Below, piece by piece: positions 20,199-30,594 of a stretch of DNA of 64,000 bases. The first letter of the stretch is position 1, and each line of letters starts with the position of its first letter. Under the pieces are notes generated by a model. That model was not told the DNA's origin and did not search any database. It saw nothing but the letters and a program-made list of their open reading frames with translations. The position numbers and the translations under genes are program-made. The DNA is from a virus, in the IMG/VR virus record IMGVR_UViG_3300002307_000038, positions 1-64,000 of that record. One strand, 5' to 3'.

Positions 20199-20828
20199 AT
20201 GAAGAATTTTTTAAATTATCTATCAGAAGCTCAAAAAATTTATGAGTTTAAGATTAAAATAGCAAATGTTGATCCAACAGATCGCATTGAGTACTTAAAA
20301 ACAACCCTAGCTGCTTATGCTGTAGAAAGCATCAGTAAGCCAAAGTCATTGCCAATTATGGAAAACAATATTGATTTTCCTGCAATGAAAAACTGTGAAG
20401 TTTATGTTATGGAAGTAGCATTAAAATATCCAGTTATGGCAGATCAATTGCGTGAGCTAGTTGCAGAACGTTTGGCTATTTCACATGCATGTGTTTCTGT
20501 AGTACCTTGTGGCCATCCAGAAGAACTATGGCGCAACAATGAAGGCGAGCTACGTGAATATGTACAAGGTGAAGATGTATTAACTAAACCACTTCCAGAA
20601 GCTAACGAAGAACAAAAAGCAGCCAGCAAAGCATATAGCGGTGCTGAAAGCATTCTTAAAGAATTGAATAAACCAGTTAAATTTGATATCGCAGGCACTG
20701 ATAAAACTATTGGCGGCGAAGCACAAAGTTCATTTGGTAAAACAACAAATGACCTACCGCAGGGCAATGTAGATCCTGTGGGCAGTAAACAAAATAAAAT
20801 ACCAAACCCTAACAAAGGATTAAAATAA
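20199..20828 (+). CDS. Putative head-associated protein
   Basis: N-terminus MKNFLNYLSE resembles T4 capsid-targeting sequence; late promoter upstream. Confidence 0.5.
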   Translation: MKNFLNYLSEAQKIYEFKIKIANVDPTDRIEYLKTTLAAYAVESISKPKSLPIMENNIDFPAMKNCEVYVMEVALKYPVMADQLRELVAERLAISHACVSVVPCGHPEELWRNNEGELREYVQGEDVLTKPLPEANEEQKAASKAYSGAESILKELNKPVKFDIAGTDKTIGGEAQSSFGKTTNDLPQGNVDPVGSKQNKIPNPNKGLK

Positions 20829-23137
20829 TGAGCGACAATAAAATGTATAACATCTTAGGTATCTTCAAGGGTTTGAATGATAACGCTAAAGCTGAACAGT
20901 TAAACGAAAGTGTTAAACAAGAGCCAGTATACGAAGACGTAGAACCACGTGGTAGTATCAGCGAAGCTGTTAAGAGCTTAGAAAGCAAATTTGCTACCTT
21001 TAAAGAAGGCAAAGCAGATGATGCTAAAGAAAAACTAGCTGCCAAAGACGATTGGTGGGATAGTAAAGAAGATAAAAAATCATCTACACGTACTGTTAAA
21101 GGTAAAGCCTACGGTGGTTCAGCTCAGAAAGATGCTGAAGAAAAAGATGATTTAGATGAAGGCCAAGGTCCTTACGAGCTATACAATCCTAAGCATCCTA
21201 AGTTCAAAGCTAACTACGACAAATACAAAGCTAAACATCCTGATTGCACCTTAGCAGAGTTTATTGCGGCTATGAAAAAGAAAGAACACGGTGTAAACGA
21301 AGGCATCGATGATCTAACAGATTTAGATGCTCATCAATTTGCAGAACCAGATACAGACACAGCCGTTAAACCAGCAAGTGCTAAACAAGCTGCCGCAGAT
21401 CGCCGCCGTCGTTTACAAGATATCGAAGACCGTCGTGCAGAGAAAGATGATTGGTTTAGTGGTAAAGATGCAGAACCTAATGTACGAATTCACCGCGCAA
21501 AATACCAAGATGAGCCAGAAGAGTTAGATGAATACACTCAAGCTGAATATGACCAAGCCATTGGCGATTTTAAAGCTAAAGGCGGTCGAACACAACAATT
21601 ACCACCAGGTAAAGCAAAGAATCCAATTTCAACAGCTAGTCGACACATTGCAGGCCGTGGCGAAGCAGGTAAAGGCAAACCGGCGGGCCGTGGTGCTAAA
21701 GTAACAGCTGATGGAAAACCAGTAGTTGACGTATACGAAAAAGCACCTCCGGGCAAGAAAGCTGAACGTATGGTTAAACATATTAAAGCTGGCTATGCTA
21801 AAGACGGCAAATTAACTAAGAAAGAAAAAGGTATTGCTTATGCTACAGCATGGAAAGCTAAGAAAGCTGGACAAGTAGAAGAAGGTGTTGATTTTAAAGA
21901 CATAATTAAAAACTCTACACCAAAATTATCTAAAGTTAAACCTGCTAAACTTAAAGAAAGTCGTATGTTACAAGAAGGCGATTATTTCTATGAGTCAGTG
22001 GCTAAGTCATTAGCGGATCATAATCCAGGATTAGATACAGCAGGTCCGGATTTCCGCAAAGCTGTTTATAACGAAATGGTAGCACAGGGCATTAAACCTA
22101 ACCAAGCTAGAAACATCTTAACAATTGATGAAGACTTCTTAGGCGATGTAGCAACATCATATGGTCACTACTGTAAAGAAAAAGCACCAGTAGTAGATTC
22201 TATGCAAGAGTTAGACGAAATTGCTAAATTAGCAGGACTAACTACTGAAATGGACAGCAAGGTTCCGGGTGATTCTTCTAGTCCATTAACACACGCACAT
22301 GACGCTTACTGTGATGCATGTGATCGTACACATGATGAATGTATTTGTGACCACGAAGAATTAGGCGAAGAAGCTAGTGCTCCATCAGTAGAAGAAGTTA
22401 TTGACTTATTAAGCAAAGCCAATAACAGACAACAAGCTGGTAAAGCAGAAGAAGCTGTTAGTTTCTTAGACCAAGCAAATGCTACTCAACAAAAATTAAG
22501 TAGAGAAGACGGATACGAAATTCATAGTTCAATTGAAGATATGATTGAACAAATTAGTTCTGGTTCATGGGACGACTATGAAGTACATAATGGTATTGAA
22601 GATATTATTATGACGCTTGAAGCAGACCTAGACGAAGGTGTGGAAATGGAAGGTAACGAATTTAGTGGCGCACTAGCAGCTGCTAAAGCATCAGGCCAAA
22701 AAGATTTTGAAGTTGATGGTAAACGTTATACTGTTAAGGAAGATGTTTCATTAACAGCAGATGGTGCAGATGATGTAGTTAACCTAATCCGTAAGCTAAG
22801 TGGTTTAGACCCAGTAGCACCAGAAATGGTAGCACCTGTTGCTGAACCAGAAATGGTAGCACCTGTTGCTGAACCAGAAGCAAATCTACGTAATGTTGAT
22901 CCTGGCGAAGAACTTGGCCTAGAAGAAGATGGTCCAAGAGAACGTGATATCGAGCATTTAAATACTCCACGTGAAGAGCAAGCTGGCCCAGATGCTGCAT
23001 TCCCAGATGGTACTGATTTAAACCGCGGTAAGAAACAATACAAAAAAGAATACCCAGGTGACAATCCTACAGCAGTTAAGGAAAATGCACTATGGGCAAA
23101 ATACGAAAGTATGATCAGTGACGTTAAGGCTAAGTAA
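20828..23137 (+). CDS. Large acidic putative internal head / scaffold-like protein
   Basis: 769 aa, many (L/V/I/F)xE sites, KLAGL/KLSGL motifs. Confidence 0.55.
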   Translation: MSDNKMYNILGIFKGLNDNAKAEQLNESVKQEPVYEDVEPRGSISEAVKSLESKFATFKEGKADDAKEKLAAKDDWWDSKEDKKSSTRTVKGKAYGGSAQKDAEEKDDLDEGQGPYELYNPKHPKFKANYDKYKAKHPDCTLAEFIAAMKKKEHGVNEGIDDLTDLDAHQFAEPDTDTAVKPASAKQAAADRRRRLQDIEDRRAEKDDWFSGKDAEPNVRIHRAKYQDEPEELDEYTQAEYDQAIGDFKAKGGRTQQLPPGKAKNPISTASRHIAGRGEAGKGKPAGRGAKVTADGKPVVDVYEKAPPGKKAERMVKHIKAGYAKDGKLTKKEKGIAYATAWKAKKAGQVEEGVDFKDIIKNSTPKLSKVKPAKLKESRMLQEGDYFYESVAKSLADHNPGLDTAGPDFRKAVYNEMVAQGIKPNQARNILTIDEDFLGDVATSYGHYCKEKAPVVDSMQELDEIAKLAGLTTEMDSKVPGDSSSPLTHAHDAYCDACDRTHDECICDHEELGEEASAPSVEEVIDLLSKANNRQQAGKAEEAVSFLDQANATQQKLSREDGYEIHSSIEDMIEQISSGSWDDYEVHNGIEDIIMTLEADLDEGVEMEGNEFSGALAAAKASGQKDFEVDGKRYTVKEDVSLTADGADDVVNLIRKLSGLDPVAPEMVAPVAEPEMVAPVAEPEANLRNVDPGEELGLEEDGPRERDIEHLNTPREEQAGPDAAFPDGTDLNRGKKQYKKEYPGDNPTAVKENALWAKYESMISDVKAK
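22820..22879 (+). repeat. 27-nt perfect tandem duplication (PEMVAPVAE x2)
   Basis: ccagaaatggtagcacctgttgctgaa repeated directly. Confidence 0.95.
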
Positions 23138-23538
23138 TGAAAATTAACGATATTATCGTAGAAGACTCACACACGGCTAACCCTAAAAAGTTAGCCACTG
23201 ACCAAGTTGATGCTATTAAAGGTGCAAAGAGCGTACCTGACCTAAGCATGAACAAATCAAACGGCAGTATATATATGCAATATCGCCATGGTCTAGCATT
23301 GGCCAGCGCAGGCGCAGGTAATACACCAAGCGAGCCAATGGATCCAGATGGTGCATTCAGCGGTGATCCAGTATATGCATCATATTCTGATATTGAAGAA
23401 GAAATGATTGATAATGCAGCTAAGATGGTTGGTGCAGGTGCGGTTAAGCGTTTAAGTAGTAACAAAAGTAAAGAAGCCGATGATGTTCATAAAGTAAGTC
23501 CGATGCAAGATCGCGGTCCTGTTAAACGTAAATCATAA
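23137..23538 (+). CDS. Hypothetical, putative internal head protein
   Basis: MKINDIIVE N-terminus; translationally coupled. Confidence 0.55.
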   Translation: MKINDIIVEDSHTANPKKLATDQVDAIKGAKSVPDLSMNKSNGSIYMQYRHGLALASAGAGNTPSEPMDPDGAFSGDPVYASYSDIEEEMIDNAAKMVGAGAVKRLSSNKSKEADDVHKVSPMQDRGPVKRKS

Positions 23539-23846
23539 TGACCGAGCATATCAAATTAACTTCTAAAGACTTCTATAACACAGATGATCTAATCCCAGAA
23601 GCTGTCCTAGACGAAAACGATCCTATTCAAGATATGCGTCGTCTAGCAGGCATGGAAGGTAATGCAGGTAAATTAGCTGAATACAAAGGCTACGACAGCC
23701 CTACTAGATTAGAAGGTAGCAATCCAAGTATTACAGCAGTAGAAAAAATTAACTATCAAAACAACAACAACGTACAACCAGGCAGTCCTGAGTGGTTTCG
23801 TTTATGGTTCTCAAAACCATTCCTAACAGGCGAAAAACCCTGGTAA
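23538..23846 (+). CDS. Hypothetical protein
   Basis: MRRLAG motif, PGSPEWFRLWF C-terminus. Confidence 0.7.
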   Translation: MTEHIKLTSKDFYNTDDLIPEAVLDENDPIQDMRRLAGMEGNAGKLAEYKGYDSPTRLEGSNPSITAVEKINYQNNNNVQPGSPEWFRLWFSKPFLTGEKPW

Positions 23847-23882
23847 TTGTAGTACCCCTAACATACAAAGATAAGTAATAAT

Positions 23883-25442
23883 ATGGCAAAAGACGAAATA
23901 ACGCTCGTCAAAAAACCTCACACCAAAGAGAGTTTTAACGAAGAGCAACTAAGAGAATTCGCAAAGTGCGCAGATCCTGTAAACGGGCCTGAATACTTTA
24001 TGAGTAACTATTTTTTCATACAACACCCTACTAAAGGACGTATGTTGTATGAACCGTTTGACTATCAAAAACGTTTAATTCATACCTATCATAACTATAG
24101 ATACAGTATATCATTAATGCCACGTCAAACAGGTAAATCAACAAGTGCTGCAGGTTACCTGTTATGGTACGCTATGTTTGTACCAGACAGTACTATCCTA
24201 ATTGCCGCACACAAATACACAGGTTCACAGGAAATTATGCAACGTATACGTTATGCTTATGAAAGCGTACCGGATTTTATACGTGCAGGTGCTACTAGCT
24301 ATAACAAAGGTAGCATAGACTTTGATAATGGATCACGTATTATATCAGCAACAACTACTGAAAACACAGGTCGTGGTCTGTCAATATCATTATTATACGC
24401 AGATGAGTTCGCTTTCGTTCGTTCTACTATAGGTCGTGAGTTTTGGACTTCTATCAGCCCAACACTAGCAACTGGTGGTAAATGTATCATTACATCAACA
24501 CCTAACAGTGATGAAGACCAGTTTGCTACCCTGTGGAAGGGTGCTAATAAGTGTATTGATGAGTTCGGTAACACAACTGAAATAGGTGTTAACGGTTTTA
24601 AAGCATTTAGAAGTTACTGGAATGAACATCCAGACCGTGATGAGAAGTGGGCAACTGAACAGCGTGCGCAATTAGGCGACGAACGTTTCCGCCGAGAAAT
24701 GGACTGTGAGTTTGTTATCTGGGACGAGACATTGATCAATCCTAGTCATTTAATTGAAATGGCTGGCCTAGAACCAACAGAACGTCAGGGACAAGTACGT
24801 TGGTATAAAAAGCCAGATCCACAACATACCTATGTAGTAGCATTAGATCCAAGCCTAGGCACAGGCGGTGACCCGGCAGCTATACAGATATTTGAATTGC
24901 CTACATTCAAACAGATTGGTGAATGGCAACATAATCGCACACCAGTACAGCAACAAGTGGGTATATTGACTGAGATCATCCGTTACCTAAACGAAACAGT
25001 AAATCAAAACAATATCTACTATAGTGTAGAAAACAATACTCTAGGTGAAGCGGCCCTAATTTCCATCAGCGAAATTGGCGAAGAAAATATCAAAGGCATT
25101 TTCCTAAGTGAACCTAAACGTGCAGGAAGTGGCCGTAGATACCGTAAGGGATTTAACACAACCAACAGCACTAAAATATCAGCATGCGCTAAACTTAAGA
25201 ATTTAATTGAAAGCAAGCGTATGACTATTGTAAGCAAACCACTCATATCAGAACTTAAAACGTTTGTAGCACATGGTCCTAGCTATGCTGCTAAACCAGG
25301 CGAAACTGACGATCTAGTAATGGCTCTTATCCTAGTAATACGTATAGCAATGATGTTACAGTCTTTTGATAGTCAGATTGATTATACTATGAAGGATAGT
25401 CTAGAAGACGTAATCGAGCCAATGCCATTCTTTATTTCCTAG
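23883..25442 (+). CDS. Terminase large subunit (gp17-like)
   Basis: PRQTGKS Walker A, YADEFAF Walker B, TSTPN, RNase H-type LDPS.G.G.D, VENN, DDLVMA. Confidence 0.95.
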   Translation: MAKDEITLVKKPHTKESFNEEQLREFAKCADPVNGPEYFMSNYFFIQHPTKGRMLYEPFDYQKRLIHTYHNYRYSISLMPRQTGKSTSAAGYLLWYAMFVPDSTILIAAHKYTGSQEIMQRIRYAYESVPDFIRAGATSYNKGSIDFDNGSRIISATTTENTGRGLSISLLYADEFAFVRSTIGREFWTSISPTLATGGKCIITSTPNSDEDQFATLWKGANKCIDEFGNTTEIGVNGFKAFRSYWNEHPDRDEKWATEQRAQLGDERFRREMDCEFVIWDETLINPSHLIEMAGLEPTERQGQVRWYKKPDPQHTYVVALDPSLGTGGDPAAIQIFELPTFKQIGEWQHNRTPVQQQVGILTEIIRYLNETVNQNNIYYSVENNTLGEAALISISEIGEENIKGIFLSEPKRAGSGRRYRKGFNTTNSTKISACAKLKNLIESKRMTIVSKPLISELKTFVAHGPSYAAKPGETDDLVMALILVIRIAMMLQSFDSQIDYTMKDSLEDVIEPMPFFIS

Positions 25443-25454
25443 ATAAATAATAAT

Positions 25455-27725
25455 ATGAGAGAAGTTAATAAAATCGCAGAAGGTCTATTTGAAAAAATCC
25501 GTGACAGATTTGAGGATGTTAGCTTGGGCGACGAAAACGCTAAAGCCACACAAAACCCAGAAGATGCACGTTTTTTCAACTTTGATTACACAGTAGACGG
25601 ACATAGTGCTGGCAACATCACTCTTAGTTTGATTGATGAAACTAGTCTAAAAGTCTACTTTAGTAAAAATATCAGCAGTGAGTTAGACGAAGAAAATAAG
25701 CAAAAATGGTACGCTTTCCTTAGAGAATTGCGTGAGTTTGCTAAACGTAACTTGTTGAGCTTTGAACCACGTGACATTACTCGTAGCACACTAAAACACC
25801 GCGATATCCAACAACAAAGTAAAGCCGATTCTACTTATAATAAAGATGAAGTAGTAGGCGAAAGCCGTTTACATGGTACTCGTAAGAGTAGCTATCAAGA
25901 ATGTGGCCCTGCAAAACTTATTATCAGACACAATACTAACGTAGATCCAGAACGTCGTGGTGCACGATCAAGACACATTGAAAGTGTTTTTGTTGAAAAC
26001 CATGAAGGTGAACGCTTTAAGATGCCATTTAAGAGTCTTGTTCCTGCACGTGCCATGGCACGCCATGTGAGCGAAGGCGGTAGCCCATATGATGATTTGG
26101 GTAAACATATCTGTGAAATGGCTGCAGAATGTAGTAAACTACGTCCATTCTTAAACAATGTACGTCGTCGTACATTTGAAGATCAAGAAACAACTACTAT
26201 GGTTGAAGCGGCATTTGAATACCATGGTCTACTTAAAAATACCCTACAACGTATGAGTGGTCGTAAAGGCTACAAAACATGTAAAGAACAATTTGTAGCA
26301 ACAAGTACAAGTTATATCCCAGAGGATGGAAATACTCTTGAGGAATTAAAAGAACGTTTTGTTAAACGTGTCTATAATGATAAAATGGAAGATGCACTAC
26401 CACTAGTTTACAAGGCTTATGATATGAAGAAAAATAATAAATTTGCACAACAATTTGAAAGCTGGGCTAACAACGTAGCTGAAGGTTGGGACGAAGATGA
26501 AGAAGGCGTTAAACAATGGGGTATTGAACCAATCAACCCAGATGATTTAATAGATGCACTCAGCGAAGAAATTCCAGTAGGAGTTGATGCTGTTAATGCT
26601 ATTAACGCAATTGGCGATATTATTCAAAATGATGAATTAGTGGATAAACTAGTAGAACTAGCACAGGTTGATCCAGAAGCAGATGCACGTGATACTATCC
26701 TTAGTTGGGTTGAAGAAAACGTTCCTGCTGTGTACCAAGAAGTAATCGACGAAATTGGTGATACAGAACCAAACGATGAATATGGTTCAGCTGATGGTGG
26801 TATGGACGGACAGGTAAGTGAAAGCGAGTATGACAAAGATACATACGATGAAGATAATGTTGAAGCAATACAATCAGCAATTATCCGTAGAATCTTAAAC
26901 AACGTAGAACAACACAGTGAACTATTAAGAAAAGCAGGTCCAGATGGTGTTATGAATGCTGCACGTGATGTAGCAGGATTCCATGCACCAGTAGACGAAT
27001 TAGGCTCAAGTGATATTAGTAATATGGTTCGTGAAGTATACAACGAAGTAGGTGTTGAATACCCAGAAATGAGTGAAGCATACACACCACGTGAAGATAA
27101 ACCACTCCAACGTATAACTAAAAGTCCAAGCAAAAAAGCACAAGATAAAAAATACTACGACTATCTAGCAAGAACACTAGGCGAAGAATTAGAAGAAGTG
27201 CGTACAGGCGATGATCATGTTAATAAAGATGTTAAAATGAAACGCATGGGTGCAAAACCATTAGGCATTATGGACAAACTTAAGGGCATTAAACAAGGGT
27301 TTGATGCGGCAAGAAAAGGCGAATCAGAAGACGAACTAAAACTATATAACAAATCAAAATCAGGCGTACAAGAAGGCGAAGGCGAAAGTGACGAAGCTAA
27401 ACTAGAACGTTATCATGAATTAATCAAACGCGGTATGGACCCAGATGATGCTGAAGTTGAAGTATTTAACAATGAAGGCGATTTGGATGAAAGCACAGAA
27501 GAATACAGAATTGACCATCAAGGACACGATTTAGTAGTACAAAAAAGAACAGCAAACGGTTGGGAAGATCTTCGTAGCTTCAATGAAATGAGCGACGATT
27601 GGGCAAGTACCAACGCTAGAAATTATATTAAATCATTACAAACAGGCAAGCAAGTAGAAATTGATCACAGCCCAGCTGTAGACGAAAGTCTATCAGAAAT
27701 GCGTCGATTAGCTGGCTTAAAATAA
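25455..27725 (+). CDS. Large hypothetical protein with acidic modular C-terminus
   Basis: 756 aa; ends EMRRLAGLK; ATAAATA 5 nt before ATG. Confidence 0.75.
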   Translation: MREVNKIAEGLFEKIRDRFEDVSLGDENAKATQNPEDARFFNFDYTVDGHSAGNITLSLIDETSLKVYFSKNISSELDEENKQKWYAFLRELREFAKRNLLSFEPRDITRSTLKHRDIQQQSKADSTYNKDEVVGESRLHGTRKSSYQECGPAKLIIRHNTNVDPERRGARSRHIESVFVENHEGERFKMPFKSLVPARAMARHVSEGGSPYDDLGKHICEMAAECSKLRPFLNNVRRRTFEDQETTTMVEAAFEYHGLLKNTLQRMSGRKGYKTCKEQFVATSTSYIPEDGNTLEELKERFVKRVYNDKMEDALPLVYKAYDMKKNNKFAQQFESWANNVAEGWDEDEEGVKQWGIEPINPDDLIDALSEEIPVGVDAVNAINAIGDIIQNDELVDKLVELAQVDPEADARDTILSWVEENVPAVYQEVIDEIGDTEPNDEYGSADGGMDGQVSESEYDKDTYDEDNVEAIQSAIIRRILNNVEQHSELLRKAGPDGVMNAARDVAGFHAPVDELGSSDISNMVREVYNEVGVEYPEMSEAYTPREDKPLQRITKSPSKKAQDKKYYDYLARTLGEELEEVRTGDDHVNKDVKMKRMGAKPLGIMDKLKGIKQGFDAARKGESEDELKLYNKSKSGVQEGEGESDEAKLERYHELIKRGMDPDDAEVEVFNNEGDLDESTEEYRIDHQGHDLVVQKRTANGWEDLRSFNEMSDDWASTNARNYIKSLQTGKQVEIDHSPAVDESLSEMRRLAGLK

Positions 27726-27740
27726 CCTAGACACCAAGTC

Positions 27741-27770
27741 AAAAAGGCACTCAAGGGTGCCTTTTGTTTT
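27741..27770 (+). terminator. Rho-independent terminator
   Basis: AAAAGGCAC-TCAAGG-GTGCCTTTT-GTTTT. Confidence 0.85.
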
Positions 27771-27889
27771 GGCTAAAATATCTTATAATTAGTCTTGTGG
27801 CATAAATATTATTAACGTATAGTATATAAATGCTTATACGTTTTAGGCATATTAAAGACCAACTTAAATTAAATTAAAGGAAAAACATT

Positions 27890-28915
27890 ATGGCAACATC
27901 ATTAGCAGAAATCCGCGCAAAACTTCAAGCGCAAGAAAATCGCGGTCAAGGTAACAATTCACAACAAGGTGGCGACAACGCTATCTACGCTCACTGGAAT
28001 ATTGCAGAAGGTCAAAACGCTCGCATTAGATTCCTTCCAGATGCAAACACAAAAAACACATTTTTCTGGGTAGAACGCAATATGATCAATCTTACCTTTG
28101 CGGGTATCAAAGGTCAAAGTGATTCTAAACCAGTAACAGTACAAGTACCATGCGTTGAGATGTGGGGCGAAGCATGTCCAATCTTAGCAGAAGTACGACC
28201 ATGGTTTAAAGACCCAACATTAGAAGAAATGGGTCGTAAGTATTGGAAAAAGAAATCATACTTGTTCCAAGGCTTTGTACGTGATAATCCATTAAGTGAT
28301 GACCGTACTCCTGAGAATCCAATTCGCAGATTCATCATCAGTCCACAAATTTTCAACTTGGTTAAGTCAGCATTACTTGATCCAGAGTTAGAAAACTTAC
28401 CAACAGACTACCAAGGTGGCCTAGACTTTACTGTTAGCAAAACAAGTAAAGGTGGTTATGCTGATTATAGCACTTCAAAATGGTCACGTAAAGAATCTGC
28501 ATTAACAGCAGAAGAAGCAGAAGCTATTGAAAAACACGGTTTGTACAACTTGTCAGACTTTTTACCTAAGAAACCAACTGATGTTGAACTTAAGGTAATC
28601 AAAGAAATGTTTGAAGCATCAGTTGATGGTCAAGCATATGACGCAGATCGTTGGGGTGCTTATTACAAACCACGTGGTGTTCAAATCGACACACCAGCAG
28701 CAACGGCTGCTCCTGTAGCACAAGCTGCACCAGCAAGTCATCCTGGCGTACCAGCAAGTGCACCAGTAGCACAAGCGGCTCCAGTAGCAGAAGATGCACC
28801 GTTTGAAGCTGATGATGCACCAGCGCCAACAGCACCAGTAACTGCTCCTGCAGGTGGTAATGCTCGTGCTGAAGACATCCTTGCAATGATTCGCAATCGT
28901 CAAAAAACTAGTTAA
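27890..28915 (+). CDS. Single-stranded DNA-binding protein (gp32-like)
   Basis: IRFLPD, C...CP, YW.K.SY, G.DF..K....YADY..S.W; next to uvsX. Confidence 0.85.
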   Translation: MATSLAEIRAKLQAQENRGQGNNSQQGGDNAIYAHWNIAEGQNARIRFLPDANTKNTFFWVERNMINLTFAGIKGQSDSKPVTVQVPCVEMWGEACPILAEVRPWFKDPTLEEMGRKYWKKKSYLFQGFVRDNPLSDDRTPENPIRRFIISPQIFNLVKSALLDPELENLPTDYQGGLDFTVSKTSKGGYADYSTSKWSRKESALTAEEAEAIEKHGLYNLSDFLPKKPTDVELKVIKEMFEASVDGQAYDADRWGAYYKPRGVQIDTPAATAAPVAQAAPASHPGVPASAPVAQAAPVAEDAPFEADDAPAPTAPVTAPAGGNARAEDILAMIRNRQKTS

Positions 28916-28931
28916 TAGTTAATGCGTATAC

Positions 28932-28954
28932 GGGGGCGCAAAGCCCCCTTATTT
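28932..28954 (+). terminator. Hairpin / weak terminator after SSB gene
   Basis: GGGGGC-GCAAA-GCCCCC then TTATTT. Confidence 0.55.
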
Positions 28955-28975
28955 CAATTAAAAGGATAAATCAAC

Positions 28976-30091
28976 ATGGCAAAACCATATGACATTAGTA
29001 AATTCAGAAAGAGTATTACTAAAGCTATCCCAGGTATGGGCATTGGCTTTAACGATCCAACAGATTGGATCAGCACAGGCAACTACACATTAAACTACTT
29101 ACTATCGGGTGATTTCCATAAAGGCATTCCGATGGGTAAAGTAACTGTGTTTGCTGGTGAATCAGGCGCAGGTAAATCATTTATCTGTTCAGGTAACATT
29201 GTACGTCACGCACAAGAGCAAGGCATTTATGTGATCTTAATTGATACAGAAAACGCACTTGACGAAGCATGGCTACACGCACTTGGTGTAGATACAAGTG
29301 AAGAAAAACTGCTCAAACTTAACATGGCTATGATCGATGATGTGGCTAAAGTGATCAGTGACTTTGTTAAAGAGTATCGTACATTAGACGAAGCAGATCG
29401 TCCTAAAGTATTGTTTGTTCTAGATTCTTTGGGTATGATGTTAACTCCAACAGACGTTAACCAGTTTGAAGCAGGTGAAATGAAGGGTGATATGGGTCGT
29501 AAACCTAAAGCACTTACAGCACTTGTTCGTAACTGTGTAAACATGTTTGGTACATTAAACCTAGGTCTAGTAGCAACTAACCATACATACGCTAGCCAAG
29601 ATATGTTTGACCCAGATGATAAAATTTCAGGTGGTCAAGGCTTTATCTACGCTTCAAGTATCGTTGTAGCTATGCGTAAACTTAAACTTAAAACAGACGC
29701 TGATGGTAATAAGACTTCAACAGTTAACGGTATTCGTGCTGCTTGTAAGATTATGAAGACCAGATATGCTAAACCGTTTGAGTCAGTACAAGTAGAGATT
29801 CCATATGAAACAGGTATGAGTCCTTATAGTGGTATGGTGGATATGTTAGAAAGCAAAAACTTACTAACCAAAGAAGGTAACAGTTTAGTCTACAAGTTTA
29901 CTGATGGATCTATCATTAAGAAATTCCGTAAAGCATGGGAAAAGAACGAAGATGGATGCTTAGATAAAGTTATGGCAGAAATTTCAGGTAACTCTAATCT
30001 ATTGCTAAGTACTGAAACTACTGATGTTGACAATAGTGATCTTGAGATTGTATCAGTCAACGAACCAGTATTACAAGGAGATGAAGAATGA
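28976..30091 (+). CDS. uvsX: RecA-like recombinase UvsX
   Basis: GESGAGKS, DTENA, LDSLGM, NHTY, SGG.G..YASS, K.R...PF. Confidence 0.92.
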   Translation: MAKPYDISKFRKSITKAIPGMGIGFNDPTDWISTGNYTLNYLLSGDFHKGIPMGKVTVFAGESGAGKSFICSGNIVRHAQEQGIYVILIDTENALDEAWLHALGVDTSEEKLLKLNMAMIDDVAKVISDFVKEYRTLDEADRPKVLFVLDSLGMMLTPTDVNQFEAGEMKGDMGRKPKALTALVRNCVNMFGTLNLGLVATNHTYASQDMFDPDDKISGGQGFIYASSIVVAMRKLKLKTDADGNKTSTVNGIRAACKIMKTRYAKPFESVQVEIPYETGMSPYSGMVDMLESKNLLTKEGNSLVYKFTDGSIIKKFRKAWEKNEDGCLDKVMAEISGNSNLLLSTETTDVDNSDLEIVSVNEPVLQGDEE

Positions 30092-30342
30092 ATATTACAG
30101 AAGTAAATCCAACGATTTTTCCTGCACTTAATAAAGGTGACAAGGTTCTAATCAAAGTCGACATTAGCGAGATGACTAAAGAAGCAGCCGGTGAATATAT
30201 GAATGATATTCACGAACAAATGACTGAAAAGTTTCCAGACCATGCCGTTATTGTATATCCATCTAACTATGAATTTTATATATTGCCAGAACCATTGGCT
30301 GAATATCCAAAAGCTAAAATGGTTCTAGTGGCAGATCTATAA
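30088..30342 (+). CDS. Hypothetical protein
   Basis: ATGA overlap, GGAG RBS. Confidence 0.6.
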   Translation: MNITEVNPTIFPALNKGDKVLIKVDISEMTKEAAGEYMNDIHEQMTEKFPDHAVIVYPSNYEFYILPEPLAEYPKAKMVLVADL

Positions 30343-30351
30343 GGATTTATT

Positions 30352-30594
30352 ATGAGTGTAGAACTAGATGTATTAGGTGAAGTTTGGCTTACTACCAAAG
30401 AATATATTGCGGCTAAAGATCGTCAAGCAGCAGCTGACCACGTGATCGCAATCGTAGCAGACCATAATATCACTGAACGTGATCTTAAGGTATTTGGTGG
30501 TACTGATAGTTATCTAAAACGTGCGTTGAAAGAATACCTAGGTGATGATGAAGAAGAACCTACGTATGACGAAGACGAGGATGATGACTATTAA
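30352..30594 (+). CDS. Hypothetical protein, acidic tail
   Basis: RBS AAGGA; operon context. Confidence 0.7.
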   Translation: MSVELDVLGEVWLTTKEYIAAKDRQAAADHVIAIVADHNITERDLKVFGGTDSYLKRALKEYLGDDEEEPTYDEDEDDDY

